Positions 37,095 to 47,639 of a DNA stretch of 64,000 nt are shown piece by piece. Below the pieces are notes generated by a model. The model was not told the origin of the DNA. It worked only from the letters and a program-made list of their open reading frames with translations, and made no database searches. The stretch's first letter is position 1; each line of letters opens with the position of its first letter. The DNA is from an uncultured Muribaculaceae bacterium (lineage in GTDB: Bacteria; Bacillota_I; Bacilli_A; RF39; UBA660). The DNA lies in contig CAYJFL010000001.1 of the NCBI GenBank assembly GCA_964369865.1, forward strand, positions 772 to 64,771. Reading direction: 5' to 3'. The translations under genes were made by a program, and so were the position numbers.

Positions 37095-39992
37095 CTAGGA
37101 ACCTATTGGTAAAATTTGAAAAATTAGACTTTCTTGCTTATTTAAACTGCTATTAAGTTTATCTGCAGTAGCTTGATTTTTTACATAAATCACATCTATT
37201 AAAGTTGTAAAATTAAACATATTGTCAATATTTGATACATTATCAAAATTCATACTTAATAAATCCAAATATAGTAATTCATTTGAATTTTCAAACATAT
37301 GACTCATATTTATAGTTTGACTAGTATCTATATCATCTCTAAAAATAATATCAGTTGATAAGGGTAAATTTGCAAACATGTATGACATATCTGAATTGGC
37401 TTTAATAACTTCATTTGCTTGTATATGTAATATTTTCATGTCATCTAAATATTCAATATATCCAACTACATAATTGCTTTTATCAGTCGACAAATCATAT
37501 TTAATTGGCGCAGTATTATAATCATCTGAAATTGTGCTATCAAATACTATCAAATTTACATCATTTATTTCAGAACCTACAATATTTCTAAATTCATTAC
37601 CTGATACCATTGATTTAATTACTTCTTTTACATTTATGGTAGTTTTATAAAGTGTAGTTGCAAGTGAATTACTAGTTGCTACACAAGCAAGATCATGAAC
37701 TCCTACACTTAATAAAGAAGTATCTTTAATATCACATTCAAAGTTACCTCCTGAAATACCAAAAGTTACTTTGAAGTATTCATTTAAATCCATATATATA
37801 CCAAAATCTATATTAATATCATTTATTTGTGTTATTTCTGGTATCTTTTTATCTATTTTTATCACTTCTGTACACTTCACTTCACTCTCTTGAGATGCAT
37901 TATCTACTACTGCAGCACAAATTTTTGTAGAGTCCGTACTTTCTTTAAGGATAATTTCATTTGTGTTTTGTATTACAGGAGTACAAGTATCATCATTTGT
38001 AATACACCATTTATAATCTTTAATAAATGTATTTGAATAATCATTACCTTCTACTATAACTTTTACATCATCTTTAAACCAACCTGAACCATTATTTTCA
38101 TTTTCTGAAAAGTCAAAGTATACATCTGGTAGTTGTGATACTACAGTAATTATTCTATCTACTTTAACTGTGTTTGAAGCATAATCAGTAATTTCATAAC
38201 TTATATATTTTACCCCTGCAGTATTAGTATCTACAATTAGCAATTCATCTTGTAAAATGACATCTCCTGTTATTTTTATATCAGCAACTTTAGATACATC
38301 ATCATAAATATCAATATCATCAGCAAGAATATAATCATAAATATTTACTCTTTCATCACCTAAGTCTTCTGTTTTAGGTTTTGTTTTATCTAACTGATAT
38401 TTATCACTACAAACAATATCACTTGTTTCTTTTTTACTATATTCAATTAACATACAAACTTTATTGCTATCAGATTCGTTACTAATTGTAGCTTCATTAT
38501 TATATGTAGTATCTGGTATACATTCACTACTAGTTGTTAAGCAGTATTTTACTGTATCAGTGTCTTTTAAAGCTTCTACGTCAATAGTAATATTAATATC
38601 CTTATTGTACCAGAAGTTTTCGTTATGAATGTTTTTAGTATTAAAAGTTACATTCATAGCTTCTTCACTAACGATAATTTTTCGTTTTGCTATTTTTTTA
38701 TTTCCTGCTTTATCCCATACTTCATATATAGCATAATATGTACCCGGATTATTCATATCTACTTCATCAGTGTTAATAAATATTTCTCCATCTACTCCAC
38801 TAATTAAATCAATAGCTTCGACTCCTCTATAATAATCAATATTCTCAAACCTATTTACATATATATCTGACAATCCCGTTATCAAAGGGTCTGTACTATC
38901 AACTTTTACATTTCTAATAACAGTAGTTTTATTACCTGCTTTATCAATAGTAGTTAAGCTGACAACTTTTCCTTTAGTATCTTCATTTATTGATTCATCT
39001 GATAATATACTTTTATCATAACCTGATTCATTATCTGATCCTTCATTATAAGTAATTTTCACTTCACTTCTATACCAGTTATTATTTCCAACTATACCTT
39101 CTACTTTCATACTACCTGTTGTAGGTAGTGTTTTATCCACTTTTAATATATATTCTTTACTTATTTTATTACCAGCATTATCAGTAGCAGTCACTACTAT
39201 TACTTCTTTATCTGTATTATAATTAACTACTGTCTTATTAATATCAGTACTAACTACTCCACTATTATTATCAACAGCTTCTAATTTTTTTATATTAACA
39301 TCACTAACATACCACCCGTCATTACCTAGTATCCCTTCAAAAATAGGATCAATTATTGTAGGTGGTGTTTTATCTATAATATATTCATCAGAACATACAA
39401 TTTCACTTTCATCTCCATCACTTGTTTTAGAACTAACACATATTTTATTAGTAGAACTTTCAGTATTAATATCTATTATATTATTTTTATCTATCTCTTT
39501 ATTTGGAATACAAATATTATTAGTCGTATTACAATATTTAATATCAGTAAATGTATTATCATCATAACTAATACCTACTTCAATATCTTTATTTGATACT
39601 TTATCATAATCACTTTTAAATTCCACATTAAAATCTTTTATTTCATCTTCTTTATTAGGATTACAGTATAATTCATCACCATCATATATACATAATTCTT
39701 CTATTTTGTTTTCCTCTACTTCACAATCATAAAACTCTATTATTTCCCCATAATAGTTTACTTTACTACACTTAAATTTATTATTTAAATATTTTTCTTC
39801 TACTTGCCCTTCATCAATTTTAAATTCATTAAAATCACCATATAACTGTTGAGCGTATTCCATAAATGTTATATCTTTTTGATTACATTTTATTAATAGT
39901 AATAATATAATAATAATTATTATTACTAACATAATAATCCTTTTAATCATTTGTTTATCTTTTTTAAAATCTTTATTTATTTGATTATTCAT
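37095..39992 (-). CDS. Large membrane-anchored surface protein with multiple Ig-like repeats and a C-terminal DUF285 (MxxMF-repeat) region
   Basis: 965 aa: N-terminal TM, repeated DKT(P/L)PT-initiated Ig-like modules, and a C-terminal repeat set (MSYMFANLPL / MSHMFENSNEL / IDNMFNFTTL) characteristic of the DUF285 / Mycoplasma-type surface repeat. Confidence 0.55.
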   Translation of the reverse strand: MNNQINKDFKKDKQMIKRIIMLVIIIIIILLLLIKCNQKDITFMEYAQQLYGDFNEFKIDEGQVEEKYLNNKFKCSKVNYYGEIIEFYDCEVEENKIEELCIYDGDELYCNPNKEDEIKDFNVEFKSDYDKVSNKDIEVGISYDDNTFTDIKYCNTTNNICIPNKEIDKNNIIDINTESSTNKICVSSKTSDGDESEIVCSDEYIIDKTPPTIIDPIFEGILGNDGWYVSDVNIKKLEAVDNNSGVVSTDINKTVVNYNTDKEVIVVTATDNAGNKISKEYILKVDKTLPTTGSMKVEGIVGNNNWYRSEVKITYNEGSDNESGYDKSILSDESINEDTKGKVVSLTTIDKAGNKTTVIRNVKVDSTDPLITGLSDIYVNRFENIDYYRGVEAIDLISGVDGEIFINTDEVDMNNPGTYYAIYEVWDKAGNKKIAKRKIIVSEEAMNVTFNTKNIHNENFWYNKDINITIDVEALKDTDTVKYCLTTSSECIPDTTYNNEATISNESDSNKVCMLIEYSKKETSDIVCSDKYQLDKTKPKTEDLGDERVNIYDYILADDIDIYDDVSKVADIKITGDVILQDELLIVDTNTAGVKYISYEITDYASNTVKVDRIITVVSQLPDVYFDFSENENNGSGWFKDDVKVIVEGNDYSNTFIKDYKWCITNDDTCTPVIQNTNEIILKESTDSTKICAAVVDNASQESEVKCTEVIKIDKKIPEITQINDINIDFGIYMDLNEYFKVTFGISGGNFECDIKDTSLLSVGVHDLACVATSNSLATTLYKTTINVKEVIKSMVSGNEFRNIVGSEINDVNLIVFDSTISDDYNTAPIKYDLSTDKSNYVVGYIEYLDDMKILHIQANEVIKANSDMSYMFANLPLSTDIIFRDDIDTSQTINMSHMFENSNELLYLDLLSMNFDNVSNIDNMFNFTTLIDVIYVKNQATADKLNSSLNKQESLIFQILPIGS

Positions 39993-40080
39993 AATTTAAC
40001 TCCTAACTGTAAACTATACTACTATAAATAATCTAACCAATTATATTTAAATAATGCATAAAAAAAGAATGCATTGCATT

Positions 40081-41841
40081 CTAATTTCTTCCACTCCATG
40101 TATTAACAATATTACAACTACTACTACTTGGTTCTGGATTAGGCATTTCCATATGGATAATTGTAGGTACTTTAAATGCTTTACCAAAGGCAACACATGT
40201 ACCTGGTTGTAAACTTTTTTGTTTTTCAACTACATCCTCACTTACGTTTGGAAGCATTTTTTTAATATATTCTAAATCACGAGGATGATTCATTTTAAAA
40301 ATTAAAAAATTTGTACATTGCGAAATAACTGTTTCACTTATTTCTACTGGTCTTTGTGATATTAAGTTGAATATTAAACCATATTTACGTCCCTCTTTAG
40401 CAACACGTTCAAATATATTATATCCAAGTAAATATTTATCATTATCGTTTTGAACATATCTATGAGCTTCTTCTAAGAAAATATGAAAAGGTATTGATGC
40501 TCTTTGTTTTAAACCTTTCGTAAAGTGAAATAACATTTTTGTATATACTTTAGTAACTACTTTAGCAAAACTATCATCTACATCTTCTAAGTTAAAGTTT
40601 ACTATTTGGGCTTTACGCCCTTCTTTACCAACTAGTGTAGCAATATAATTTTCTTCAGTAATATATGTAGGATAATCTAAATATTTAGCATTTTCTCCAA
40701 TTACTAATGCATGTAATCTTACTTTTAAAGTTATTGCTTCATTATAAGATTTTTCATTGCGAAGTAATCCTTCACTAATCAAAGTAAAGTTAAGAGCCTT
40801 TTCAACATCTTCTAATGTATATCTATTTTTTTCATACGATTCATATTTATCTAAATCGTCATTAATAAATTTAGAAATATACTCAGTAATTAATACACTC
40901 TCAACAAAGTCACCTTGGCGATCTACTATAAAACATTCTCTAAATTTTCTTGTATATCCAATACCTTGTACTGGTGCTTCTAAATTAAATTCACGAGTTG
41001 AACAAGTTGCTAAAACTGAAAATATATCATTTCTTTTACTAACTGCTGTTTGATTAGAATATATTATCATCATTATAGCTTTTGCTATCAAATGATTTTT
41101 ATAATTAACAGCCTCACTATTTTCTTCAGCAAAAATAGCAGTTAATTTAATCATACGTTCAATAATTGGCAGTTGTGAATGTGTTTCAGCCCCAAGTAAT
41201 AAAGCATAATCATCAACATTCATTAACCATGGTGGTATTCTTAAAATTTCTCCACCACCTGTATCTTTAATATTAGTAGTATAATACTTAAAACTAAAAT
41301 TAGGGTTTATTTCATTAACTTTCATAAATGCATTATGATATTCACCATAAGCATCAAATATAAAGAAATTTGATCTAAATGGTTGTACTTTTGAATTATG
41401 AAATACATTTTGTAGCAATCTTGCTACTCCACAAGATTTACCACTACCAGTATTTCCAAATATAGCCATATGATTTGAAAATAAATCATTCACATTTACA
41501 TATATTGGGAAATCATCATATAACGGTATGTGCCCAAGCATCATACTATTTTCATCATCATTACCAGCTATCATTCGAAGCTCGTCATGTGTAATTATTC
41601 TAATACTAGCTTTTAAAGTTGGCTTTCTAATTACACCACCAATAAATTTACCATTAACTACTTCTCCTAGAAATTGAACTTTAATAATTTCTTTGCTAAT
41701 ATCTTCAACTTCTCCTAAAATCTTTTTGTTATCATCATCAAATATAACGTGCATATTCATTAAATTAGTTGCTACTGGTGTCCCAGTAGGTATAGCAATA
41801 TGCGCTGTCGTGTCACTTATATATATTATTTCTCCAAACAT
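40081..41841 (-). CDS. HerA/FtsK-superfamily ATPase (DUF87-type, HAS-barrel N-terminal domain)
   Basis: 586 aa with Walker A AIFGNTGSGKSCG, Walker B FHIFLEEAHRY and the downstream LISQRPVEISETVISQCTNFLIFKM (HerA-type arginine-finger region). No TM segments. Confidence 0.65.
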   Translation of the reverse strand: MFGEIIYISDTTAHIAIPTGTPVATNLMNMHVIFDDDNKKILGEVEDISKEIIKVQFLGEVVNGKFIGGVIRKPTLKASIRIITHDELRMIAGNDDENSMMLGHIPLYDDFPIYVNVNDLFSNHMAIFGNTGSGKSCGVARLLQNVFHNSKVQPFRSNFFIFDAYGEYHNAFMKVNEINPNFSFKYYTTNIKDTGGGEILRIPPWLMNVDDYALLLGAETHSQLPIIERMIKLTAIFAEENSEAVNYKNHLIAKAIMMIIYSNQTAVSKRNDIFSVLATCSTREFNLEAPVQGIGYTRKFRECFIVDRQGDFVESVLITEYISKFINDDLDKYESYEKNRYTLEDVEKALNFTLISEGLLRNEKSYNEAITLKVRLHALVIGENAKYLDYPTYITEENYIATLVGKEGRKAQIVNFNLEDVDDSFAKVVTKVYTKMLFHFTKGLKQRASIPFHIFLEEAHRYVQNDNDKYLLGYNIFERVAKEGRKYGLIFNLISQRPVEISETVISQCTNFLIFKMNHPRDLEYIKKMLPNVSEDVVEKQKSLQPGTCVAFGKAFKVPTIIHMEMPNPEPSSSSCNIVNTWSGRN

Positions 41842-41860
41842 AATATCACACTCTCCCTTT

Positions 41861-42157
41861 TTATATAATTTCTAATATTTTATTCTTTTTATCTTCTTCT
41901 AAATCAGTAATTAAATTACTTATTATTTCACTCTTTTTATATAATTTTAATTTTTCTTCATAAAAATTAATTTTATCTTCAACTTCTTTTATTTGTTTAT
42001 GAACTGCATTTCTACTAACTGAATTATTACTTGCTATTTCACTAAGTGTTAAATTATCAAAATAGTAATCTTCAAAATACATTCTTTGTTTTTCTGTTAA
42101 CAATTCTTTATAATAATCATATAAAGAACTTAAATAAACTATATTATTCATATTCAC
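41861..42157 (-). CDS. ylxM: YlxM/UPF0122 family putative DNA-binding protein (the conserved SRP-operon gene)
   Basis: 98 aa, LLTEKQRMYFEDYYFDNLTLSEIASNNSVSRNAVHKQIKEVEDKINFYEEKL matches the YlxM signature, directly downstream of ftsY. Confidence 0.8.
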   Translation of the reverse strand: MNMNNIVYLSSLYDYYKELLTEKQRMYFEDYYFDNLTLSEIASNNSVSRNAVHKQIKEVEDKINFYEEKLKLYKKSEIISNLITDLEEDKKNKILEII

Positions 42158-43129
42158 CTACATATCTTTAAATAATCCATATATATATTTTTCAATATCA
42201 AATACTTTTAAATCATCTTTTCCTTCTCCAAGACCAATGTATTTAACTGGAATATTAACACTTTCTTTTATTGCTAGTACGATTCCACCTTTAGCTGTAC
42301 CATCTAATTTAGTAAGAACTATTCCAGTGATGTTAGTAATCTCTTTAAAACTCTTTGCTTGACTAATACCATTTTGCCCTGTAGTAGCGTCAATAACTAA
42401 TAAAGTTTCATGAGGAGCATCAGGAATAAGTTTCCCAATAACTTTATTCATTTTATCAAGTTCATTCATCAAATTAGTTTTATTTTGTAATCGACCAGCA
42501 GTATCAACTAATATAACATCGTAATTTTCATTAATCCCTTTATTAACTCCATCATATATTACACTAGAAGGATCTGTATTTTCACTCATAACAACATCAA
42601 CTTCTATACGTTTTGCCCACTCATTAATTTGTTCAACTGCTCCTGCTCTAAAAGTATCACCAGCTACTAATAAAACTTTTTTACCCTTAAGTTTTAAATT
42701 GTTTGCAAATTTACCTATTGTTGTTGTTTTACCTACTCCATTTACACCAACAAACAATACTACAGTAGGTCCACTCTCGCTAAAATTAATCTTATTTTCT
42801 ATAATTTGTCCATTAACATAAATTATAAACATCTCATCAACTATTATTTCCTTTAGTTTATCACTACTAGTTATATTTTCTTTTTTAACACGTTTTTTAA
42901 GACGATCAACAAAGTCCATTACAGTGTTGACTCCAATATCAGCCATGATAAGAATTTCTTCCAGTTCATCAAAATATTCACTATTTATTTTATTATATTT
43001 CATTGTTAATAAATTAAGTTTACTAGTAAATTCTTTTCTAGTCTTTTCTAACCCATCACTATACTTATCTACATCTTTTATTTCTTCTTTTTTACTTAAA
43101 ATATTTTTAAATTTATCAAATAATCCCAT
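42158..43129 (-). CDS. ftsY: Signal recognition particle receptor FtsY (short NG-only form)
   Basis: 323 aa with GVNGVGKTTT and DTAGRL motifs. Confidence 0.93.
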   Translation of the reverse strand: MGLFDKFKNILSKKEEIKDVDKYSDGLEKTRKEFTSKLNLLTMKYNKINSEYFDELEEILIMADIGVNTVMDFVDRLKKRVKKENITSSDKLKEIIVDEMFIIYVNGQIIENKINFSESGPTVVLFVGVNGVGKTTTIGKFANNLKLKGKKVLLVAGDTFRAGAVEQINEWAKRIEVDVVMSENTDPSSVIYDGVNKGINENYDVILVDTAGRLQNKTNLMNELDKMNKVIGKLIPDAPHETLLVIDATTGQNGISQAKSFKEITNITGIVLTKLDGTAKGGIVLAIKESVNIPVKYIGLGEGKDDLKVFDIEKYIYGLFKDM

Positions 43130-43352
43130 ATATTTTCTCCAATTATCAATACTTTCATTTTATCAAATATAATTATAAATTACTAGCATACTAGACAAAA
43201 AACAAAAAAAAGTTTATAATTAAATAGTTGATTTTATGAAAACAAAAAGTTTAATAAAATATCTTTTAATTATTAATAATATTATATGAATCGGGTATCT
43301 TATAAAAGATATATTTATTAACTAGTAAAACAATTAAAAAGAAAGGAAGAAC

Positions 43353-45074
43353 ATGAAAATTTTTAACAATAATGACAAACTAGTGGAAACTAAGATCTAC
43401 GCGTTAGGTGGTCTTGGAGAAGTTGGTAAGAATATGTATTGTGTAGAGCATGACAACGAAATTATTATTACTGATGCGGGAGTAATATTCCCTGGTAATG
43501 ATTTACTTGGTATTGATTATGTTATACCTGATTATACATATTTAAAGAAAAATGAAAAGAAAATAAAAGCATTATTTATTACACACGGACATGAAGATCA
43601 TATAGGAGGAATACCATTTTTACTAAGTACAGTAAATATCCCTATCATATATGCTCCTAATCAAGCAGTTGGTTTAATTAATAAAAAATTAACTGAAAGA
43701 AATATAAACTTTAAAAACATTGTAGTTTATGAAGAAAATACTAAAGTTAAATTCAAAAACATAATAGTAGAATTTTTTAGAACTACTCACTCTATTCCAG
43801 ATTCACACGGTTTTTGTATAACTACTCCAAATGGAACTGTAGTTTCTACAGGAGACTTTAAATTTGATTTAACTCCTATAGGACCTATGGCTAACATTCA
43901 TAAAATGGCTCGTATTGGAGAACGTGGAGTTACTTTATTACTAAGTGATTCTACAAATGCCTTAAATGAAGGAATGAGTATTAGTGAGTCTAAAGTAGAT
44001 ATTGCTTTAGGAGATATATTCTCTAAATATAAAGGGAGAATTATTGTTGCTACATTTGCTAGTAATATTTATAGGTTAAAACATATTGTTGAAACTTGTA
44101 AGAAAAATGGTCGTAAGATTGCTACATTTGGAAGAAGTATGGATACTAATATTGATATTTCTATTCAAGGTGGTTATATAAAAAATAAGGATTTATTTAT
44201 TACTCCTGAAGAAGCAAATAAATTACCTGATGATAAAGTATGTTTATTATGTACTGGTTCTCAAGGTGAACCGTTAGCAGCGCTATCTAGAATTGCTCAA
44301 GGAACACATAGACAAATCAAATTAAAAGATGATGATGTAGTTATATTTTCATCTAGTCCTATTCCTGGGAATGCTCTTAGTATAAGTAGAACTATTAATA
44401 GATTATATTTAAAAGGTGTTGAAGTATTTACTAATACATCATTAAGTAATATTCATACATCTGGCCACGCTAGTGAAGAAGAATTAAAACTTATGATGCG
44501 TTTAATGAAACCAAAATATTTTATGCCATTCCATGGTGAATATAGAATGCTTAAAAAACATGCTGATATAGCAACACTTTGTGATATACCACGTGAAAAT
44601 ACTTTTGTACTTGGTAACGGTGACGTTCTAAGTATGTACAAAGGTAAAATTACTCGCAAAGGTATTATTCCTGCTGGTGATGTATATGTAGATGGTAAAC
44701 GTATTGGAGATATAGGAAATGCTGTTATGAAAGATAGAAAAGTAATGGCAAATGACGGTATTGTTACTGTAATAATTAACTTAGATGTTAACAGTAAAAA
44801 ACTGCTTGTTAAACCTAATGTTACAACTAGAGGATTCGTTTTAGTAAATGATAATATTCCTCTACTTAAAGAATTAGAACGTATTTGTGCTAATACTATA
44901 AATAATAAATTAAAAACTACATTTAATTTTACAGATATTAAAAATGAAGTTACTACTGTTTTAGCTAACTTTATATATGATAAAACAGGAAGAAAGCCGA
45001 TTATTCTACCTGTAATTATGGATATAAAAAAAGTTACTCCTAAAAAAGTAGTAGTAAAAAATAATGCAGAATAA
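43353..45074 (+). CDS. rnj: Ribonuclease J
   Basis: 573 aa metallo-beta-lactamase/beta-CASP protein (HGHEDHIGG, C-terminal domain). Confidence 0.92.
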   Translation: MKIFNNNDKLVETKIYALGGLGEVGKNMYCVEHDNEIIITDAGVIFPGNDLLGIDYVIPDYTYLKKNEKKIKALFITHGHEDHIGGIPFLLSTVNIPIIYAPNQAVGLINKKLTERNINFKNIVVYEENTKVKFKNIIVEFFRTTHSIPDSHGFCITTPNGTVVSTGDFKFDLTPIGPMANIHKMARIGERGVTLLLSDSTNALNEGMSISESKVDIALGDIFSKYKGRIIVATFASNIYRLKHIVETCKKNGRKIATFGRSMDTNIDISIQGGYIKNKDLFITPEEANKLPDDKVCLLCTGSQGEPLAALSRIAQGTHRQIKLKDDDVVIFSSSPIPGNALSISRTINRLYLKGVEVFTNTSLSNIHTSGHASEEELKLMMRLMKPKYFMPFHGEYRMLKKHADIATLCDIPRENTFVLGNGDVLSMYKGKITRKGIIPAGDVYVDGKRIGDIGNAVMKDRKVMANDGIVTVIINLDVNSKKLLVKPNVTTRGFVLVNDNIPLLKELERICANTINNKLKTTFNFTDIKNEVTTVLANFIYDKTGRKPIILPVIMDIKKVTPKKVVVKNNAE

Positions 45075-45102
45075 AAGATAATTAATAAATTATCTTTTTT
45101 TA
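45072..45102. terminator. Bidirectional terminator between rnj (+) and the histidine kinase (-)
   Basis: aaagataatt-aataa-attatcttt hairpin followed by a T-run. Confidence 0.55.
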
Positions 45103-46299
45103 TATTTTATAAAGTTTTAATTTAATAAATACATTAGTACCTACATTTTCCTTAGAAGTATACTTTATCACACCACTATGTGATTTTATTATTTCATGAG
45201 CTAAAGATACTCCTAGTCCAGTTCCATTTTTTTTAGTAGTATAAAATGGTTGTTTTATCTTTTCTAAATCTTCTTTTGAAATACCACTACCATTATCACT
45301 AATATTTATATGAATATAATTTTTGTCTAGCTTAGTATCTACTTTTATTAGTCCATTACTACCAATTGCTTCAATACTGTTTTTTACAATATTTAAAAAT
45401 ACTTGCATTAATCTATTATAATCACCATCAATATAAACTTCATCATCTATTATATTATTTTGAAATTTAATATTGTAAGATTTTAATAGTAATTTATAAT
45501 TATCAGCTACTTCCTCTAGCAACATATTAACATCTATAATATCTTTATTTACTTTTATATTAGTCATTTGTAAAAAATCTTGTAATAGCATTAATGTCTT
45601 TTCTATTTCCTCTTTTAATATAGGTATATATCTAATAGCATGATCTTCACTATTCACATCAAACATATCTAAATAACCTTTACATACAGCAATAGGGTTT
45701 TTAATTTCATGAGTAATCTTAAATAAACTATTTTTAATTTGAGCTTCATTTTCTATTTCTTTAAAATGCATATGTAGTCTTACTATATTACTAGCTCCTA
45801 ACCTTAAATAATAAACAAATATTACTACTATTAAAAAAATAATTGTTTCCGATACTATATTTATTAAATTTGTATTTATACTTAATAAATATAAAATAGT
45901 TATTAAAGTTTTTATAATTATAAAACTATAAAATTTTATATAATCTTCCTTATTTTTTAATATCTTATACATTAGAATAAAATATCCAACATATTCAACA
46001 ATACCTATTAATAAATTAGTATTTAAAATAATATAATCACTAATAATTATAAGTGATAACAGTATACTGCTTATCTTTCTTTTTGTAATAAAACTAATTA
46101 GTAACGGAATATTTAATAATATACTAGCACTACCTATAAATTCCATAATAATTAATGCAGATAAAATAAGTGATATATCTATAAAAGAATCTTGTTGTTC
46201 TTTAGAATAGTCTTTATTATAAGCTAAGAATAATACTTCTATTAAATGGGGAAAGGATATTAAAATACAACCTAATATTATAATTTCATACGTATTCAT
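45100..46299 (-). CDS. Membrane sensor histidine kinase (multi-TM sensor with HisKA + HATPase_c); no cognate response regulator adjacent
   Basis: 399 aa with about 6 N-terminal TM helices, an H-box ITHEIKNPIAV and the G-boxes ISDNGSGI / GTGLGVSLAHEII. Confidence 0.85.
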   Translation of the reverse strand: MNTYEIIILGCILISFPHLIEVLFLAYNKDYSKEQQDSFIDISLILSALIIMEFIGSASILLNIPLLISFITKRKISSILLSLIIISDYIILNTNLLIGIVEYVGYFILMYKILKNKEDYIKFYSFIIIKTLITILYLLSINTNLINIVSETIIFLIVVIFVYYLRLGASNIVRLHMHFKEIENEAQIKNSLFKITHEIKNPIAVCKGYLDMFDVNSEDHAIRYIPILKEEIEKTLMLLQDFLQMTNIKVNKDIIDVNMLLEEVADNYKLLLKSYNIKFQNNIIDDEVYIDGDYNRLMQVFLNIVKNSIEAIGSNGLIKVDTKLDKNYIHINISDNGSGISKEDLEKIKQPFYTTKKNGTGLGVSLAHEIIKSHSGVIKYTSKENVGTNVFIKLKLYKI

Positions 46300-46384
46300 G
46301 ATGCCTCCTAAGTAAATTTTAACATGTACTCTTTGTCGTATTTTGTCGAATTATGTAGAATATTATATATTTTTGTAATAAATA

Positions 46385-46412
46385 AAAAAGTTTAGCTAAC
46401 TAAACTTTTTTT
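46385..46412. terminator. Terminator hairpin overlapping the stop of the EIIB-like gene
   Basis: agtttag-ctaa-ctaaact hairpin flanked by A-run and T-run. Confidence 0.45.
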
Positions 46413-46726
46413 AATTCTTTAATATACTTTTTTAATTGCTTAGCATCATCACCTAAAATAATTTTTAACTGATTTTCTATTTCTACAATACCTTTAGCTC
46501 CTAATTTTTGAATATTTTCTTTATTAACTTTTTCTACATCTTTTAATGTAACAATAAATCTTGATTCATTAAATTCATAATCTAAGATATTATCTCTTCC
46601 ACCAAGATATTCTATTAACTTATTGATTTCAATTTTAAAATCTACTTTTTTACTTTTAGTAATTGCGATTGCGATAATAATTAATACAATTGTAATTACT
46701 ACATGTTGTATATCTAATAAATCCAT
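46400..46726 (-). CDS. Membrane-anchored protein with a PTS EIIB(Glc)-like domain that lacks the phosphorylatable cysteine
   Basis: 108 aa with an N-terminal TM, then LIEYLGGRDNILDYEFNESRFIVTLKDV...LGAKGIVEIENQLKIILGDDA. This is the EIIB fold signature (LGGkeNI...C-TRLR...vkD...Gv) with C replaced by E/S. Confidence 0.55.
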   Translation of the reverse strand: MDLLDIQHVVITIVLIIIAIAITKSKKVDFKIEINKLIEYLGGRDNILDYEFNESRFIVTLKDVEKVNKENIQKLGAKGIVEIENQLKIILGDDAKQLKKYIKELKKV

Positions 46727-46739
46727 ATTTAGCTCCTAT

Positions 46740-47639
46740 CTATATTTTTAAGTGTTTACGTACAGCTGTGTAACTTCCGAACATTCCTACTAATATACCA
46801 AGTCCTAGTAATAAGAATGATAGCATAAACACAAATGGTTCAGGCTCAATTAATTTTATAAACGGAGAAAATAATTGTCCATCAAAATTATTATAAAATT
46901 CTTGGTATCCAAATATTGTAAGTAATATTGGTAACACTGCTCCAAAGATACCTAAGAATAATCCTTCAAAGATAAATGGAATTTTTATATTTATATTACT
47001 AGCTCCTACTAATCTCATAATATCTATTTCTCTTTTACGAGCTAAAATAGTAATTTTAATAGTATTAGTAATTAAGAATGCTGTAACTACTACAAGTGCT
47101 ATAACTGTATAAAGACATACTTGACGAACTGTTTCAAATACTGAGATTAAAGAATCTACCATCTCTTCTCCCCATTGTACTTCATCTACATTATCTATCT
47201 TTTCAATACTAGTTGCTATACTTTCAACAAATTCTATCTCAGTTGCTTTAATTTGTATAGTTGGATTTAATGGATTTTCTTCTTCCGTCCAATCACCCAT
47301 TATACTTGCAAATGTTTCATCTTCTGCCATCATATCAGCAGCTATATCTTGTTTAGATGTATATTTTATATTTTCAATATTATCTAATTGTTCTATTTTT
47401 TGAGTTATAACTTCTACTTCTTCATCAGTTGCATCAACATCTAAAAAGGCAACAATTGTTACATCTCCTTCTACTAATTTAGTAAAATTAGAAACATTCA
47501 TTGTTAATATAATGAATATTGATACTACAACTAAAGTTATAGTTATACATATAATACTGGCCATTGATAAAGAAAAGTTACGAAATACACTATAAAATGA
47601 ATCACGTATATTTCTACTAAATATTCTTAGTGCTCTCAT
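46740..47639 (-). CDS. ftsX: Cell division permease FtsX
   Basis: 299 aa with 4 TM helices and a large extracytoplasmic loop, immediately downstream of ftsE with overlap. Confidence 0.88.
   Translation of the reverse strand: MRALRIFSRNIRDSFYSVFRNFSLSMASIICITITLVVVSIFIILTMNVSNFTKLVEGDVTIVAFLDVDATDEEVEVITQKIEQLDNIENIKYTSKQDIAADMMAEDETFASIMGDWTEEENPLNPTIQIKATEIEFVESIATSIEKIDNVDEVQWGEEMVDSLISVFETVRQVCLYTVIALVVVTAFLITNTIKITILARKREIDIMRLVGASNINIKIPFIFEGLFLGIFGAVLPILLTIFGYQEFYNNFDGQLFSPFIKLIEPEPFVFMLSFLLLGLGILVGMFGSYTAVRKHLKI

Noticed and set aside
37095-41841. The HerA ATPase as part of a Sir2/TIR-HerA or NurA-HerA defence pair
   Set aside because: No nuclease, Sir2, TIR or NurA domain is recognisable in the adjacent genes. 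The only partner is a surface protein with Ig-like repeats.
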